NCBI GenBank assembly: GCA_030390025.1 | Contig: CM059432.1 | Coordinates: 30,940,001-31,004,000, forward strand | Source: Squalus acanthias | Taxonomy: Eukaryota | DNA: 64,000 bases | Reading direction: 5' to 3' | Shown here: positions 35,350 to 48,817 of the stretch, piece by piece | Position numbering within the stretch: position 1 is the stretch's first letter | Layout: each line of letters opens with the position of its first letter | Program-made: the position numbers and the translations under genes | Notes under the pieces: generated by a model | What the model was told of the DNA's origin: nothing | Seen by the model: the letters and a program-made list of their open reading frames with translations, nothing else | The model's database searches: none

Positions 35350-36158
35350 AATTGGAAATGTTGGTGTTCAGAGGGACCTGGGTGTCCTTGTACACGAATC
35401 ACTGAAAGTTAACATGCAGCTACAACAAGCAATTAGGAAAGCAAATGGTATGTTGGCCTTTATTACAAGAGGATTTGAGTATAAGAGTAAAGATGTCTTG
35501 CTGCAATTATATAGGGCCCTGGTGAGACCACACCTGTAGTATTGTGTACAGTTTTGGTCTCCTCACCTAAGGAAGGATATACTTGCCATAGAGGGAGTGC
35601 AACGAAGGTTCACCAGACTGGTTCCTGGGATGGGGTATTGTCCTTTGAGGAGAGATTGAGTAGACTAGGCCTATATTCTCTAGTGAGAAGTCGCACAACA
35701 CCAGGTTATAGTCCAACAGCTTTATTTGAAATCACAAGCTTTATTCTCTAGAGTTTAGAAGAATGAGAGGTGATCTCATTGAAACATACAAAATTCTTAT
35801 AGGGCTTGACAGGGTGGATGCAGGGAGGATGTTTCCTCTGGCTGGGGAGTCTAGAACCAGGGGTCACAGTCTCAGAATAAGGGGTCGGCCATTTAGGACC
35901 GAGATGAGGAGAAATTTCTTCACTCAGAGGGTGGTGAATCTTTGGAATTCTCTACCCCAGAGGGTTGTAGAGGCTCAGTTGTTGAGTATATTCAAGATAG
36001 AGATCGATAGATTTTTGAATATTAAGGGAATCAAGGGATATGGGGATAGTGCAAGAAAGTGGAGATGAGGTAGAAGTTGGCTATGATCTTATTGAATGGC
36101 GGAGCAGGCTCAAAGTGCCAAATGGCCTACTCCTGCTCTTATTTCTTATGTTCTTATG
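35350..36158 (+). mobile_element. CR1 3' fragment
   Basis: QRDLGVLVH..MRGDLIETYKIL..RTRGHSL; TTCTTATG tail. Confidence 0.92.
35684..35741 (-). mobile_element. 58-bp Penelope pLTR fragment (family of 50327-50802) inserted in CR1
   Basis: 10-bp TSD TATTCTCTAG (35674-35683, 35742-35751); matches 50329-50386. Confidence 0.85.
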
Positions 36159-37024
36159 TTAACTCCCCTGCCGACTCCTCTGAGCAGCCATTGCTCTCAC
36201 CCCAATAACCTCCTGCCCACTTTCCGCCAGAAGACAAAATTTCTCCCAGATTTTTTTTCTGAGGGTGAGTTTTTGACACTTACCGGTCTTTGCTTTTTTT
36301 ATTTACCTTAAAATGAAAGGAGGCTTATTCAATTTTATTGAAAACTGCTGTTCATGCCATTTGGGAATTAATTATTTTCCTTTCTATTTTAAAACTTCTT
36401 TCTCCCAGTGGCCACAGCTAATGTATTACTGGGAGTAAAAATGTTTAAGTGAAATCACTATAAAAAAAAATTACCTAACAGCAAATAAGGGATTTAGAGC
36501 CAAGCCTTACTGTTCATGGCCCTGAAATTGTTTGGACGTTCCATCAGTCTCCTGCCATAACTCTGGCAGCAGAGCGGCTGAAGCCCTCAGTAATCAGCAG
36601 AGACCTGGTCCTGCCAACATCCAACAACATCCAATCCCAGCATTAAATGATTTTCTTGTGTACAAACTGAATATATGGTTTGCAACATTGACTGTCAACT
36701 TAAAATGACTTGCTTGGTCAAGATATTGTAATCTTCAACCTTTATCAGGTGACAGCCTTGGTAGGGAGTTGGGCATGTCAGGGCAGGCTCTTTTCCATCA
36801 GTCTGTCCAGTTCATGATGTGAAATGGTTCATGTTATATAAGTCTCAGGACAAGTTCGATCACAGACGGAAGGGCTGCGCAGAGCTTTAGACAGATCAAC
36901 CATCCAACTATTTTCTGTTCGACGACTCTCAGTATCAGAGTCAATATTTAGAAGTAAGTTAAATATAAAACTAGGGCGCATGAGTATTACATTAGGAAGC
37001 CTCGAGTAAAAATTGAGATTCAAT

Positions 37025-37909
37025 GGGGGAGAAATTCAGTATCGCCCCATTTGGGACGCAATTATCGGCCGGGCGCAAAGATTAGCGCCTGGCGCTAATT
37101 ATCGCCACCGACTGCAAACTTGACTTTTATCGACCCTGGAGGTGATTGGAGCGCTAAATCAGGTGCTTCACACCTGTCTTAAGGCGCAAAGGCCGAGGAG
37201 CGAGGCGCTACCTCAGAGCGCTGGAGAAGCTCATGTAATGTCAGTCAGCAATGGAACACACACACAATGGCACGGGCCAGTTCTTAAAGGGGATGGTTAA
37301 TCTTGCTTTCCATCCACATCCTGCTCATTGCAGCCTTGAATCTCGGCCTGGAGAGACCTGCACATCAAATCTGCTGGAAAGAACAATGGAGAGTACGAGG
37401 CAAAGAGCTCAGAGTGCAGCCCCCACAGTCTCTTCTAAATCGATACAAGGAATGGCAAATCAAAATGAACCTGCAAAGTGCTGCTCAGTACCCAAAACTC
37501 CTTCACACAGCGTTGAATCTCTCCAGAAGTCTCTCTCTCAGAATGCGTGGTTCAAAAATGTCACCGACAATAAAAGGCAGGAAGCGGTCGCCTTTAAATA
37601 GCGCTCCCCCAGTCCCTTCCTGACTGCAAAACGCTCCCCTCAACCTGTCGTTGCTAGCGTCAGGCGGTAAGGCAGGGGGCGCCACTCAATATCCGCTCCG
37701 GGGCGATACCGGGGCGTTGCGCACTCGACTGACATCACGATCTGCCGGCGCAGGAGATCGTGGCGGTAGTGTTTAGCGCCGCCGCAAAATATCTAGTTAA
37801 TTTCGCAAGCAGCGCAAACTTTGCCGCGCCTGGGTGCTAGATGCTTTGCGCCCCATTAGCGCCCTCTTAAGGCGCTAACGGGAGGCGCAACCAACTGAAT
37901 TTTTCCCCC
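37025..37909. mobile_element. PIF/Harbinger MITE, family A (inverted relative to 8338 and 37937)
   Basis: TIR GGGGGA(G/A)AAATTCAGT; TSD AAT. Confidence 0.93.
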
Positions 37910-37936
37910 AATGAATAGTCATAGATACAAGACATA

Positions 37937-38821
37937 GGGGGAAAAATTCAGTTGGTTGCGCCTCCCGTTAGCGCCTTAAGAGGGCGCTAATGGGGCGCAA
38001 AGCAACTAGCGCCCGGGCGCAGCGATGTTTGCGGCGCTCGCGAAATTAACTAGACATTTTGCGGCGGCGCTAAACACTACCGCCATGATCTCCTGCGCCG
38101 GCAGATCATGACGTCAGTCGAGTGCGCAATGCCCCGGTAGTGCCCCGGACCGGATATTGAGTGGTGCCCCCTGCCTTACCGCCTGCCGCTAGCAACGACA
38201 GGTTGAGGGGAGCGTTTTGCAGTCAGGAAGGGACTGGGGGAGCGCTATTTAAAGGCGACCGCTTCCTGCCTTTTATTGTCGGTGACATTTTTGAACCACG
38301 CATTCTGAGAGAGAGACTTCTGGAGAGATTCAACGCTGTGTGAAGGAGTTTTGGGTACTGAGCAGCACTTTGCAGGTTCATTTTGATTTGCCCTTCCTTG
38401 TATCGATTTAGAAGAGAATGTGGGGGCTTCACTCTGAGCTCTTTCCCTGGTACTCTCCATTGTTCTTTCCAGCAGATTTGATGTACAGGTCTCTCCAGGC
38501 CGAGATTCAAGGCTGCAATAAGCAGGATGTGGATGGAAAGCAAGATCAACCCTCCCCTTTAAGAATTGGCCCGCGCCATTGTGTGTGTGTTCCATTGCTG
38601 ACTGACATCACATGAGCTTCGCCAGCGCTCTGAGGTAGCGCCTCGCTCCTCGGCGTTTGCGCCTTAAGACAGGTGTGAAGCGCCTGATTTAGCGCTCCAA
38701 TCACCTCCAGGGGCGATAAAAGTCAAGTTTGCAGTCGGAGGCGATAATTAGTGCCAGGCGCTAATCTTTGCGCCCGGCTGATATTTGCGCCCCAAATGGG
38801 GCGATACTGAATTTCTCCCCC
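37937..38821. mobile_element. PIF/Harbinger MITE, family A
   Basis: Same TIRs; TSD ATA. Confidence 0.93.
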
Positions 38822-40269
38822 ATAATTTTAAAATTTGAGCTAGCCCTGTTAAAAGTGAATCCAGGGGAAACATCTTGCAAAGAATTGTGAGAATGTGGCA
38901 GGCAATCGATTCAGAATCAGTTGAGATGTTTTAAGGGAAGCTAGATACTTACTTGGGAAGTAAACGTTAAGGGATATAGACAAAGGACAGAGAATTGTGA
39001 ATAGAATGATAGAATTGCCAAGACTAACAATAGTATGAAGCTGGTTTGATAGACCAAATGGCTGACTCCTTTTTTGAGATATTTGACCTAGATTCCCAAT
39101 GAATGGTGTGCCAATTAATGTCTTTAAAAAGAGCTGAATGGAAAGTTGGATGAGTGCAGATTTGTTGATTAAGTTCAGAGATCATCAAAAGCTATCTGAA
39201 ACATAGTTCCTCAGTGTTGGAACCATGGAAATGTCATGCCAAGAATGACAACCAGTCTCATGTGTGTGTATATGTAGGATGGAAACTTCAATTGGTATTC
39301 TAGAAGTTGCTTGATTTGATTTTTGGAAACCGCAAGAGTGGGGTAGGTCAACTCTGTGATGGAACTGACTGTGCATGGTTTGTGGGGAAGCCAAGCTCAA
39401 TAAATTTGATCATGCAATGCCTGCTTATGCTTTTATCCATTGGGGTAGACATGTTCAAACACACCTGTGGATCAATGACTGATTGCCTGGGGATAGTAGC
39501 AGGTCAGAGTAAGTCAAAGCCTGCTGTAGAAACTCTTGGATTTATTTCTGAGGCTGATGTTCCCGCTTCAATTGGAATATTGTGGTCTTTATTCTAGTTT
39601 CTAAGTCAACTCTTCTTGGTCCTGATACATCTACTTTTCAAACTTTGGTGCTTTGCCCAATTCTACTCTCCAAAGTATCCACCCAATTACAAAGATAGCT
39701 CCAGAACCCAAGCCAGCCCCTATCTTCTGAACTGCTTTTAGTTTCTTCAATAACTCAATCTGGCTAGTCTGCGCTCTCTAATGCAGGCCCATCCGGCTAC
39801 CCTATACTCGCTGTAGAGAGCCAATTATGATTTACATTCATTTCCTGTGGCTCAGCTGCGGCCATTGTGGAAGCTCAAGGAGATACCATCTCTGATGCCA
39901 AAGTATCCCAGAGAGTCAACAAACTTGAGTAGACTTCTAAATGGACAACAGAAATGGAGTTAGAGAACTCCAGGTGAAGTGTTCATCCATCTAGCCCTTT
40001 AAAGTCACAGACTATGTAAAGTCCTGTCAACTGTACCCTTCTAGGAGTCCCACAACAGCTGCACCCAAAACATTGGACTGAACTCTGGCCAAAAAACTTA
40101 GATGACTAAATAATTAATAGTAAACACAAGGCTACCAAACATTCTACAAACGACTAAGATTATCCTTATTTAACTATTACAATTAGTTCCAGTAATGCTG
40201 TGGTAATTAAATTCAATGTTAGTTTTCCAATTTTGTTCTGTTTAATATCAGACCTATTAAACTATAGTA

Positions 40270-40650
40270 CCACTGTTGTCAATAGTAATCACTGTTGAAA
40301 TGTAGAAAACACAGCAACCAAGTAGCACACAGCAAGTTCCTACAAACAGCAATGTGATAATGACCAGATAATCTGTATTTTTTTTAGTGATGTTCATTGA
40401 GGGATAAATATCGGCCAGGATACTGGGGAGTACTCCACTGCTCTTCTTCAAAATAATGCTATGGGACCTTTTACTTCTGCCTGAGAAGGCAGACAGAGCC
40501 TCACTTTAGGTGCCTCAGACTGCCCCTCCGACAGTGCAGCACTGGAGTGTCAGCTTAGATTTTGTTCTCAAGTCTCTGGAGTAGTACTTTCACCCACAAC
40601 CTTCTGATTCAGAGGTGAGAGTGCTGCCCACTGAGCCACGGCTGACACCT
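40270..40650 (-). mobile_element. SacSINE1-like Deu-SINE
   Basis: rc GGTGTCAGCCGTGGCTCAGTGGGCAGCACTCTC..TGAATCAGAAGGTTGTGGG head; body homologous to 61070-62362. Confidence 0.75.
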
Positions 40651-41069
40651 TAACGACACGGCTTGCACGAGTGTGGCTGTTTAAAAGTCACAATTGCAAC
40701 TTTAAAGCATCTGGGCATGCACTCGTCTCAACACAGTGGTGTTTGCTCAAAACTCTGAGCCACGGTTGACACCTGGATATTACATTTAAATAGCTGGGAA
40801 TGCAGAGGAGGTAACAACAGTTACAAAAATTCCAGTAAATGATCTCTATTATTAAAGGGTCAGTATCTGGTTGTGAAAAGAAAGAAAGTGCCCGATAAAA
40901 GAGTGGAGTAGGGTTATCAGCTTTGGAGCGGGCCATCTGCAAATTTCTATAATATAAACTGGAGATCAAAAGCTCGGCTTTTAAAACACAAGCCCATTTT
41001 ACTAATTCTTTCTGTCTCTTATGATGTAGAAGATGGATTTTTCATTATTAATGTGTTGGCACTGTGCAG

Positions 41070-41465
41070 ATAACAACAACAACAACTTGCATTTATATAG
41101 CGCCTTTAACATGGTAAAACGTCCCGGAAGGCACTGCACAGGAGTATTGTAAGACAAAAAATTTGACACCGAGCCACATAAGGATAAATTAGGGCAGGTG
41201 ACCAAAAGCTTGCTCAAAGAGATAGATTTTAAGGAGCGTCTTAAAGGAGGAAAGAGAGGTAGCGAGGCGGAGAGGTTTAGGCAGGGAATTCCAGAGCTTA
41301 GGGCCTAGGCAACAGAAGGCACGGCCACCAATGGTTGAGCGATTATAATCAGGGATGCTCAAGAGGGCAGAATTAGAGGAGCGCAGATATCTCAGGGGGG
41401 TTGTGGGGCTGAAGGAGATTACAGAGATAGGAGGGATTTGAAAGCAAGGATGAGAATTTTGAAAT
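41070..41465 (-). mobile_element. L2 3' fragment
   Basis: (AAC)n AACTTGCATTTATATAGCGCC end; homologous to 10250-11290. Confidence 0.85.
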
Positions 41466-41694
41466 ACAGTAATGAATGTGATATTGGCATGAATTTCTTC
41501 TGCCCAGTATTTTAACTTTTGTGTAGATGTGGGACTTGAGTTACATGTAGGCCAAGCCAGATAGCAGGATTCTTTCCTGATGGAGGTTAATGAACCAGTT
41601 GAGTTTCACAACACCCAGTTCATTTTCCTGGGTGCCAGCCCCCCAAATTACCAGATTTATTGAGTTCAATTTTTCAACTTGCCTCGTAAACTCA

Positions 41695-42848
41695 GGGCGA
41701 AAGTTTCCGCTAGATTGTGCTGCTTTTTCCAGCGCAATTCACCCGAAATTGGCCAAACCAGCACAAAAGATCGCAGAGTTTCCAGCGCAACTTGAGCTCC
41801 CACAACCTTTTTTTATTCGTTCCTGGGATGTGGGCGTCACGGGCAAGGCCGGCATTTATTGCCAATCCCCAGCTGCGTTCCATGTGGTGATACTTCTACT
41901 GTCGCAGTTGTGTACAACTGAGTGGCTCACTAGGCCATTTCAGTGGGCAGTTAAAGAGTCAACTAACATTGCTGTGGGTCTGGAGTCACATATAGACCAG
42001 CAGATTTCCTTCCCTAAAAGGCAGTGAACCAGATGGGTTTATTACGACAATCCAGTAGTTTCATGGTCACTGATGCTAGCTTTTTTTTTAAATTCCAGAT
42101 TTATTTAAATAACTGAATTTAAATTCCCTCAGCTGCCATGGTGCGATTTGAACTCACATCTCCAGATCATTAGTCCAGGCCCTTGATTACTAGTCCAGTA
42201 ACATAACCACTATGCTACCGTACCTATGTACGGTTTAACAGACATCACGCTGGAAGCCAGTCTTGCCCTCAAAACTGGCCAAGCCCCCAGATTGAATTAA
42301 TCACCATGGCGATTTTCCACTAATTGCACTTGTTTGAGGCCCTTCGAGGAAGCTCTTACTATTAAGCTGTTTTTTATGTGCAAGAGCACTAATAGGCACC
42401 TTTTAAAAGCTTTTAAATATAAAAAAATATTTCATTTACTAAGAAACAAACTAGTGTACACCTATGAAACTAGTAAATGGTTCAGTGGAGGTTTTGGAAG
42501 TCATTTTCAGTTATTTAAAATCGAGTCACTCAGAAGTGGTGGATTAAACACTTATTAAAAGTGCTTATTTTTTTGTGATAAACCCATTTTCAGCTGTATT
42601 AATAAAACCGCTCCTGATTACCACTCTTAAATATGTCAAGGAATATTTTTTAACGCAAGGAAAAAAAACCAATTACATTCTAAAACACTGCCTGATTGCG
42701 CTAGTTGATGGAAGAATTTACATTTGTGATTATGCAAATGAGTTTGAGCAGAAACTTGAACCATTACTTCACTTCGGAAAACTAGCGCCTGTTTGAGTGC
42801 AATTAGTGTCCGGATTGCCGATTGCCCCCAAAGCGGAAACGCTACCCC
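41695..42848. mobile_element. Older MITE with a nested SINE
   Basis: Imperfect TIRs GGGCGAAAGTTTCCGCT / rc GGGGTAGCGTTTCCGCT; interrupts a SINE (41520-41690, 42850-42890); no clear TSD. Confidence 0.55.
41808..42222 (-). mobile_element. tRNA-derived SINE sharing its 3' tail with the 52150-53860 LINE family
   Basis: rc head GGTAGCATAGTGG..GAGTTCAAATC; tail ..CAATAAATGCCGGCCTTGCC..GACGCCCACATCCCAGGAACGAATAAAAAAA, as at 53807-53860. Related pieces at ~41520-41690 and ~51770-52055. Confidence 0.75.
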
Positions 42849-43759
42849 AATACCTCTGGGCTGCTAGTCCAGTCCCATAAGGCTACTGTACTCTTGTTTA
42901 AAATAAATGGCCAAACACATCCATTAAAATAGCGGAGAGGAATTTCATACCTTATCACTTTCGGAACAGTGCAATGCTGAGCCATACATTTCTTGAGGTT
43001 TCAATGAATATTCATGAGCAACAAAGCAAACCTTAAGACTCAATCCATTATCCCACCCTCTGCCATGCCCCTATCCTGCTCCCAAGTCTTGGACTTGGTA
43101 ACATGTGGCAACCCTAAGAGAAGAGCTGCATCGTGATTAGCCCAGTCACAAGCGCCAATATAGAAATTACAACATGATAACATGTATACAGGCCATTCGG
43201 CCCAACCAGTCCGTATGAATGCTGCGACTTAGACATCAGTTACATCAGGGGGTCGAAAACAAGTGAGTTTTTTTTTAAATAAAGCTTTAGAGGGCACTTT
43301 TCTTGCCCCCGTACGATGGTTGTGCCCCTTTAAAGACCTCTTTAGACTATTACAAAGATTCAGAAACCCAACACTGCAGCTTTAGGACAGTCAGAATGGG
43401 ATATAGATAGCAGGACAGTCATTGTCTGTGGAATATGATCTCGGGCTGCCCCTGCGACATAGTACACCAATTAGTATTGAAAATAAACAGATGTGTTCAT
43501 TTATCCTTGCATCAACCTTGTTTTATTTCCTTTCTGTGTTGGCTTAGAATGGGAGTGGAATATGGCACCCATCCCTAATGCTGTGCCATATTCAGAATGG
43601 GTACTGTGTAGGGATGGTATTTTTAGAAGAAATTCTGCAGGCAAGAGACACTGATCATCTCCTGTGTCACAATCCGTCCCTTCCCACAACACACAAACCT
43701 GATCCATGGCAACACACCGCGGGATAGAGTACTGTAAAGCTAACCCAAGCCTGTGTGAT

Positions 43760-44176
43760 GGGTTCAATTTGGAAGCACGTTCGTCCCGCACAGGAGTGCT
43801 TTGGGGATCCGCTGGAGCAGCGGCTTAAACAGGGGGCTCTTCATCCTCGAACAAGGGAGGGAGAGGATAAAGGGGGCGGCGTGGATGGGAGAGAGAAGCT
43901 GGGATGTTCTCGCAAGATCAAGGGAGACTGATTGTTTTAAAGGGTCGGCCAGGAAAAGTTGTAGTTCTGTGTATACAGTAACAACGACAAAAGTTGCAGG
44001 AGGCTGCGAGTGATCTAAAACCCAGAAACACGTCCCGGGAGGCTCTGCCTCGCACTTCGCTCATCTGACCAGGAACTTGTTAAAAACCCAAAGCCCGGCG
44101 GCAGAAAGAGAGATTTAAAAAAATCTTTAACTGGGTATGGGGCAAGTAGAGAGATCCAGCAACCCTGGCTAACAAC
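43760..44176 (+). promoter_or_regulatory. Probable CRHR1 promoter / 5'UTR (CpG-enriched, TE-free)
   Basis: Non-repeat CpG-rich stretch immediately upstream of the ATG, continuing into intron 1; TSS not determinable. Confidence 0.55.
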
Positions 44177-44218
44177 ATGGTTCTACAGAGGGCGATTTTC
44201 TGGACTTTACTATTTCAT
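44177..44218 (+). CDS. CRHR1: Corticotropin-releasing hormone receptor 1, coding exon 1 (MVLQRAIFWTLLFH)
   Basis: AACATGG Kozak context, 14 hydrophobic codons, phase-0 donor GTAAGT at 44219; joins exon 2 in frame; short phase-0 first exon as in tetrapod CRHR1. Confidence 0.8.
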
Positions 44219-45394
44219 GTAAGTTTCATTTTAAGTGGGACTGTGTGTATGTGTGTGTGTGTTCGGAGATCTCTTTAAACTTTAAAAAGAAACATCAGGT
44301 TGTACGTTTTTAAGACCAGTCATCATAACCGTGTGTTATAAACGGATTTAAAATGTACTTGAATCGATGCAGTCTGATCAGGTCCATACTTCTCAAAACC
44401 GATTTACTTTTGGAGTACAGTGACTGATGTTATGTAGACAAATATGATTTATATATAAATATCTATATGTATCTAGCTCGCTCCTTGTGTCTCAGTCTGG
44501 CTATATGCATATAGCCTCATTTGTATTAGTTTGACTGTATTGATTACAATTAAGGGCATGTTGAGAGATTCAGATGTTTAAGGAGTTAATAGAAAGAGGC
44601 TGATAATGACAATGTAATCAGGTAAACACAACACCTTGGTATCGAATTGCTCTACCCCTATATTAAAGGCTTCAACCATTCAATTCGAACGGGTTGACGA
44701 CGCTGTTAAATAGCGGACAGCGGGTTTTAACAGAGACGCACTATTCGTTTACGCCGTAATATCGCACGGTGTGATTTCCAAGCGGGGTCATTTCTCTGAA
44801 ACGCGTGTTTTTTTGAACGACTGGTTTGCTAACTGGCGGTGTTAGGACCTTGTGGAACGGATCCAGATTAAGGATTGAGGCAAATCCATCTGGACTGTAT
44901 CGATCATTAGCAACTTCACACCTTCATCGAGGATCTACTCGATTATGACAACTGTAACAATTGAAAAAAACGAAAGTTTGTTCAGTTAGTCCACTTGGAT
45001 GCCATTTACTCTTGTGTTTTCATTTTGTCAACTATTTTTAGATTACCTATTGCAAACACACCTTTTCATGACATTGTGTATGCGTGTAGGTGTGCATCTG
45101 TGTGTGTGTGTGTGCGCGAGTGCCTGTGTGTGTGGGTTTGGCACCAGCTTATGCAGGTAGTATTGAGTATCATTGACTAGTAAAATGTAGGGCGCCAAAC
45201 GGAGCTTTTGCCCTGGGCCTCCGCAAGGCAAACGCCGCCCCTGGCGTTAACTGATCTTCCTCAGACTCCTCCAGGAGCTGAGTGGAAACCAATCTCCAAA
45301 CTGGGGAGAACGCGCATGCTCAGGGTGCCTGGGCTCAGCATTGTCATGCTGACAAGCCAGCACTTCCTACTCAGTCCCTTAATACAGTAGACTG

Positions 45395-47110
45395 TAGACA
45401 GAAGCCTACTAATTGAGGTCAAATTATTGACCTGGTTAGGAAATTGGCTGAACGGCAGGAGACAGGCAGTAGGGATAATGGGTAGGTACTCAAATTGGCA
45501 GGAGGTGACTAGTGGTGTCCCGTGGGGAGCTGTGTTGAGGCCTCAACTATTCACAGTATTTATTAATGACTTAGATGATGGCATAGAAAGTATTGGGCCG
45601 TATTTTCCGATCGGAGGCTTCCCACGTGCGGAGGCCTCCGATCTGGAAAAAATGTACGCACTTACCTGAGGGCTCCTGAGATGCGTATAGTTCCGATGCT
45701 GGGCCTCTCCAACTCCAAGTGCAAGCGTCCCTGGGATCACGTGGGCCATGGGGAGCCAATCAAAGAAGGGAATCTCCCTTCATACACTTGACAGATAGAC
45801 CTGTCAAATATATGAATGGAGATCACCCCAAAAACATAGTAAAACTTTAAATACATTTTTTAAAAACCATCACCTTTTTTAAATTAGTTGAAATTACAAT
45901 AAATTAAATATTTTAAACAAAAATTTAATTTTTTGAAAAAAATAATTAAAGTTTTTTAGGGGGCTAAAAATAAACTTACCTTTTTTGTAAAGTATTTTTA
46001 AATGATAAATGAGTGAGAACATATTTTTTTTACTTTTTTTCAACTCTTATCCTGCTGAAAGCATTCTTGACAGATTGGAAATGCCAGTTTTCAGCGCATG
46101 CGCTGTGCATGCCTGAAACCGGCATTTCCAATGTCCCTACGGTGGGTACACATTCGTAGGGATCGGAATATCCGGCCCCTTATATCCAAATTTGCCGATG
46201 ACACAAAGATATGCGACATTGTAGGCAGTGTAAATGGAAGCATAAAATTACAAAGGGATATCGACAGATTAAGTGAATGGGCAAAACTGTGGCAAATGGA
46301 TTTCAATATAGACAAATGTGAGGTCATCCACTTTGGACCTAAAAAGGATAGAACAGGGTACTTTCTAAATGGTGAAAGGCTAAAAACAGTGGAGGTCCAA
46401 AGAGACTTGGGTGTCCAGGTATATAGAACATTAAAATGTCATGAACAGGTACAGAAAATAATCAAAAAGGCTAATGGAATGCTGGCCTTTATATCTAGAG
46501 GACTAGAATACAAGGGGGTAGAAGCTATGCTTCAGCTATACAAAACCCTGGTTAGACCACACCTGGAGTACTGTGAGCAGTTCGGGGCACCACACCTTAG
46601 GAAGGATATATTGGCCTTGGAGGGAGTGCAGCGTAGATTTACCAGAATGATACCCGGACTTCAAGGGTTAAGTCACGAGGAGAGATTACACAAACTAGGA
46701 TTGTATACCCTGGAATTTAGAAGGTTAAGGGGTGATCTGATCAAAGTTTTCAAGATATTAAGGGAAACAGATAGGGTAGAGAGAGAGAAACTATTTCCGC
46801 TGATTGGGCTAGGGGGCTAGGGGACATAGTCTAAAAATTAGAGCCAGACCTTTCAGGAGTGAAATTAGAAAACACTTCTACGCACAAAGGGTGGTAGAAG
46901 TTTGGAACTCTCTTCTGCAAACAGCAATTGATGCTAGATCAATTGTTAATCTTAATCGGAGATTGATAACTTTCTGTTAACCAAAGGTATTAAGGGATAT
47001 GGGCCAAAGGCGGGTATATGGAGTTGGGTCGCAGGTCAGCCATGATCTCATTGAATGGTGGAGCAGGCTCAAGGGACTGAATGGCCTACTCCTGTTCCTA
47101 TGTTCCTATG
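45395..47110 (+). mobile_element. 5'-truncated CR1 LINE in CRHR1 intron 1, split by a MITE
   Basis: VTSGVP..QLFTVFINDLDDGIES / [10 protein letters not shown]...; TTCCTATG tail. Confidence 0.92.
45595..46178. mobile_element. PIF/Harbinger MITE, family B-related
   Basis: TIRs GGGCCGTATTTTCCGATC / rc GGGCCGGATATTCCGATC; TSD ATT/CTT (1 mismatch); interior homologous to 30690-30990. Confidence 0.85.
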
Positions 47111-47798
47111 TAATGTCATTATTACGCTCTAGCTGGGATCAGCACAGATCAGAGATTGAAATTGGGACCATCCTAGTTTGCATGGCTTAGTAACACCCCG
47201 AGCAGGGAACTCTGTAAATGAACAATCAGGGGAGCTAGCAGTAGGAACAGTTTGGTTCAGTTTTGTAATAGTTAATTGACTGACAACAACCATCAGGAAG
47301 CACACCAGTGGGATTTGTGACCTGATTTGTTTCTTGGTGTCCATTTTCCCCCTCTCAACATTTAATTTGTTAAATGTGCTTTATAAATGCAACCCTTCAT
47401 TATGTGTTAATACCTACACTGAAGGATTAATGATTGTAAGAACATGATAGCAGGTTGATCAAGTGTTGCATAGAAAATAGAAATGTGCCGATCCGGAAAG
47501 GTTTATTGCATTGTGACTGGTCGATCCCAGGAAATGTCTTATTGCATAATATATGTCTTACCTCCTTGAGCTTGCTGATAGATCAGCCCCCACTACTTCC
47601 CTTGGTGGGGCATTCCAGACATTCTTCACCCTCAGAGTCAAATACCTAAATCCAAACTGTCTTTAAGCTGATTAACTGTTAAATTGATGATTAGAAAATC
47701 ATATGGATCAAAAATGAAAGGAAAAAGGAAATGCTGAACATCTGAAAAAGAAAAGCAGAAATTTCTGGAAGTATACAGCATCTGAAAGGGAGAAAAGA

Positions 47799-48545
47799 GC
47801 AACAACAACTTGCATTTATACAACACCTTTAACATAGTAAAACATCCCAAGGTGTTTCACAGGAGCATTATCAGACAAAAAGTGACACCAAGCCAAAGAA
47901 GGAGATATTAGGACAGGTCTTGGTCAAAGAGGTAGGTTTTAACATAAGAACATAAGACATAGGAGCAGGAGTCGGCCATTCGGCCCCTCGAGCCTGCTCC
48001 ACCATTCAATAAGATCATGGCTGATCTGATCTTGGCCTCAACTCCACTTCCCTGCCCACTCCCCATAACCCTTGACTCTCTTATCATTCAAAAATCTGTC
48101 TATCTCCACCTTAAATATATTCAATGACCCAGCCTCCACAGTTCTCTGGGGAAGAGAATTCCAAAGATTCACGACCCTCTGAGAGAAGAAATTCCTCCTC
48201 ATTTCCGATTTAAAAGAGTGCCCCCTTATTCTGAAATTATGCATCAAAGAAGGAGAGAGAGGTGGAGAGGTTTCGGGAGGGCATTTCAGAGCTTAGGGTC
48301 TAGATGGGTGAAGGCTTGGCTACCAATGGTGGGGCGAAGGAATTGGGGGTGCAAAAGAGGCCAGAGTTGAAGGAACAGAAATTTCTCAGAGGGTTGTGGG
48401 GCTGGAGGAGATTACAGTGATAGGGAGGGGTGAGGCCATGGAGGGATTTGAACACAAGAATGAGAATTTTAAAATCTAGGTGTTGCTGGACCGGGAGTCA
48501 ATGTAGGTCAGTGAGCACAAGGGTGATGGGTGAATGGGAACAGGT
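47799..48545 (-). mobile_element. L2 3' fragment with a nested CR1 3' end (~47941-48240)
   Basis: L2 tail CAACTTGCATTTATA; nested CATAAGAA tail + RIRGHSFKSEMRRNFF. Confidence 0.85.
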
Positions 48546-48817
48546 AAGTATAATAGTTCTGCTACTTTAAAGGAGGTGATACTTAATTAAAATTAATTAT
48601 TTAACCCTTCAAAATAGCAGACAGAGGACTAACATATGAGCTTGCCATTTATGTTCAATCATTCATCATTATTAGTAATTTCTATTCTTAAAATGGTTTA
48701 TTTTGCAGACCTGAAGCAGAAATAGAAGGAACTTAAAAGGCTGATATATATTCTAACAAGGTTACTTATTTATCAGTTTATCTGGTTATACCGGGTCCAA
48801 TGTTGACTTGAGATTAA

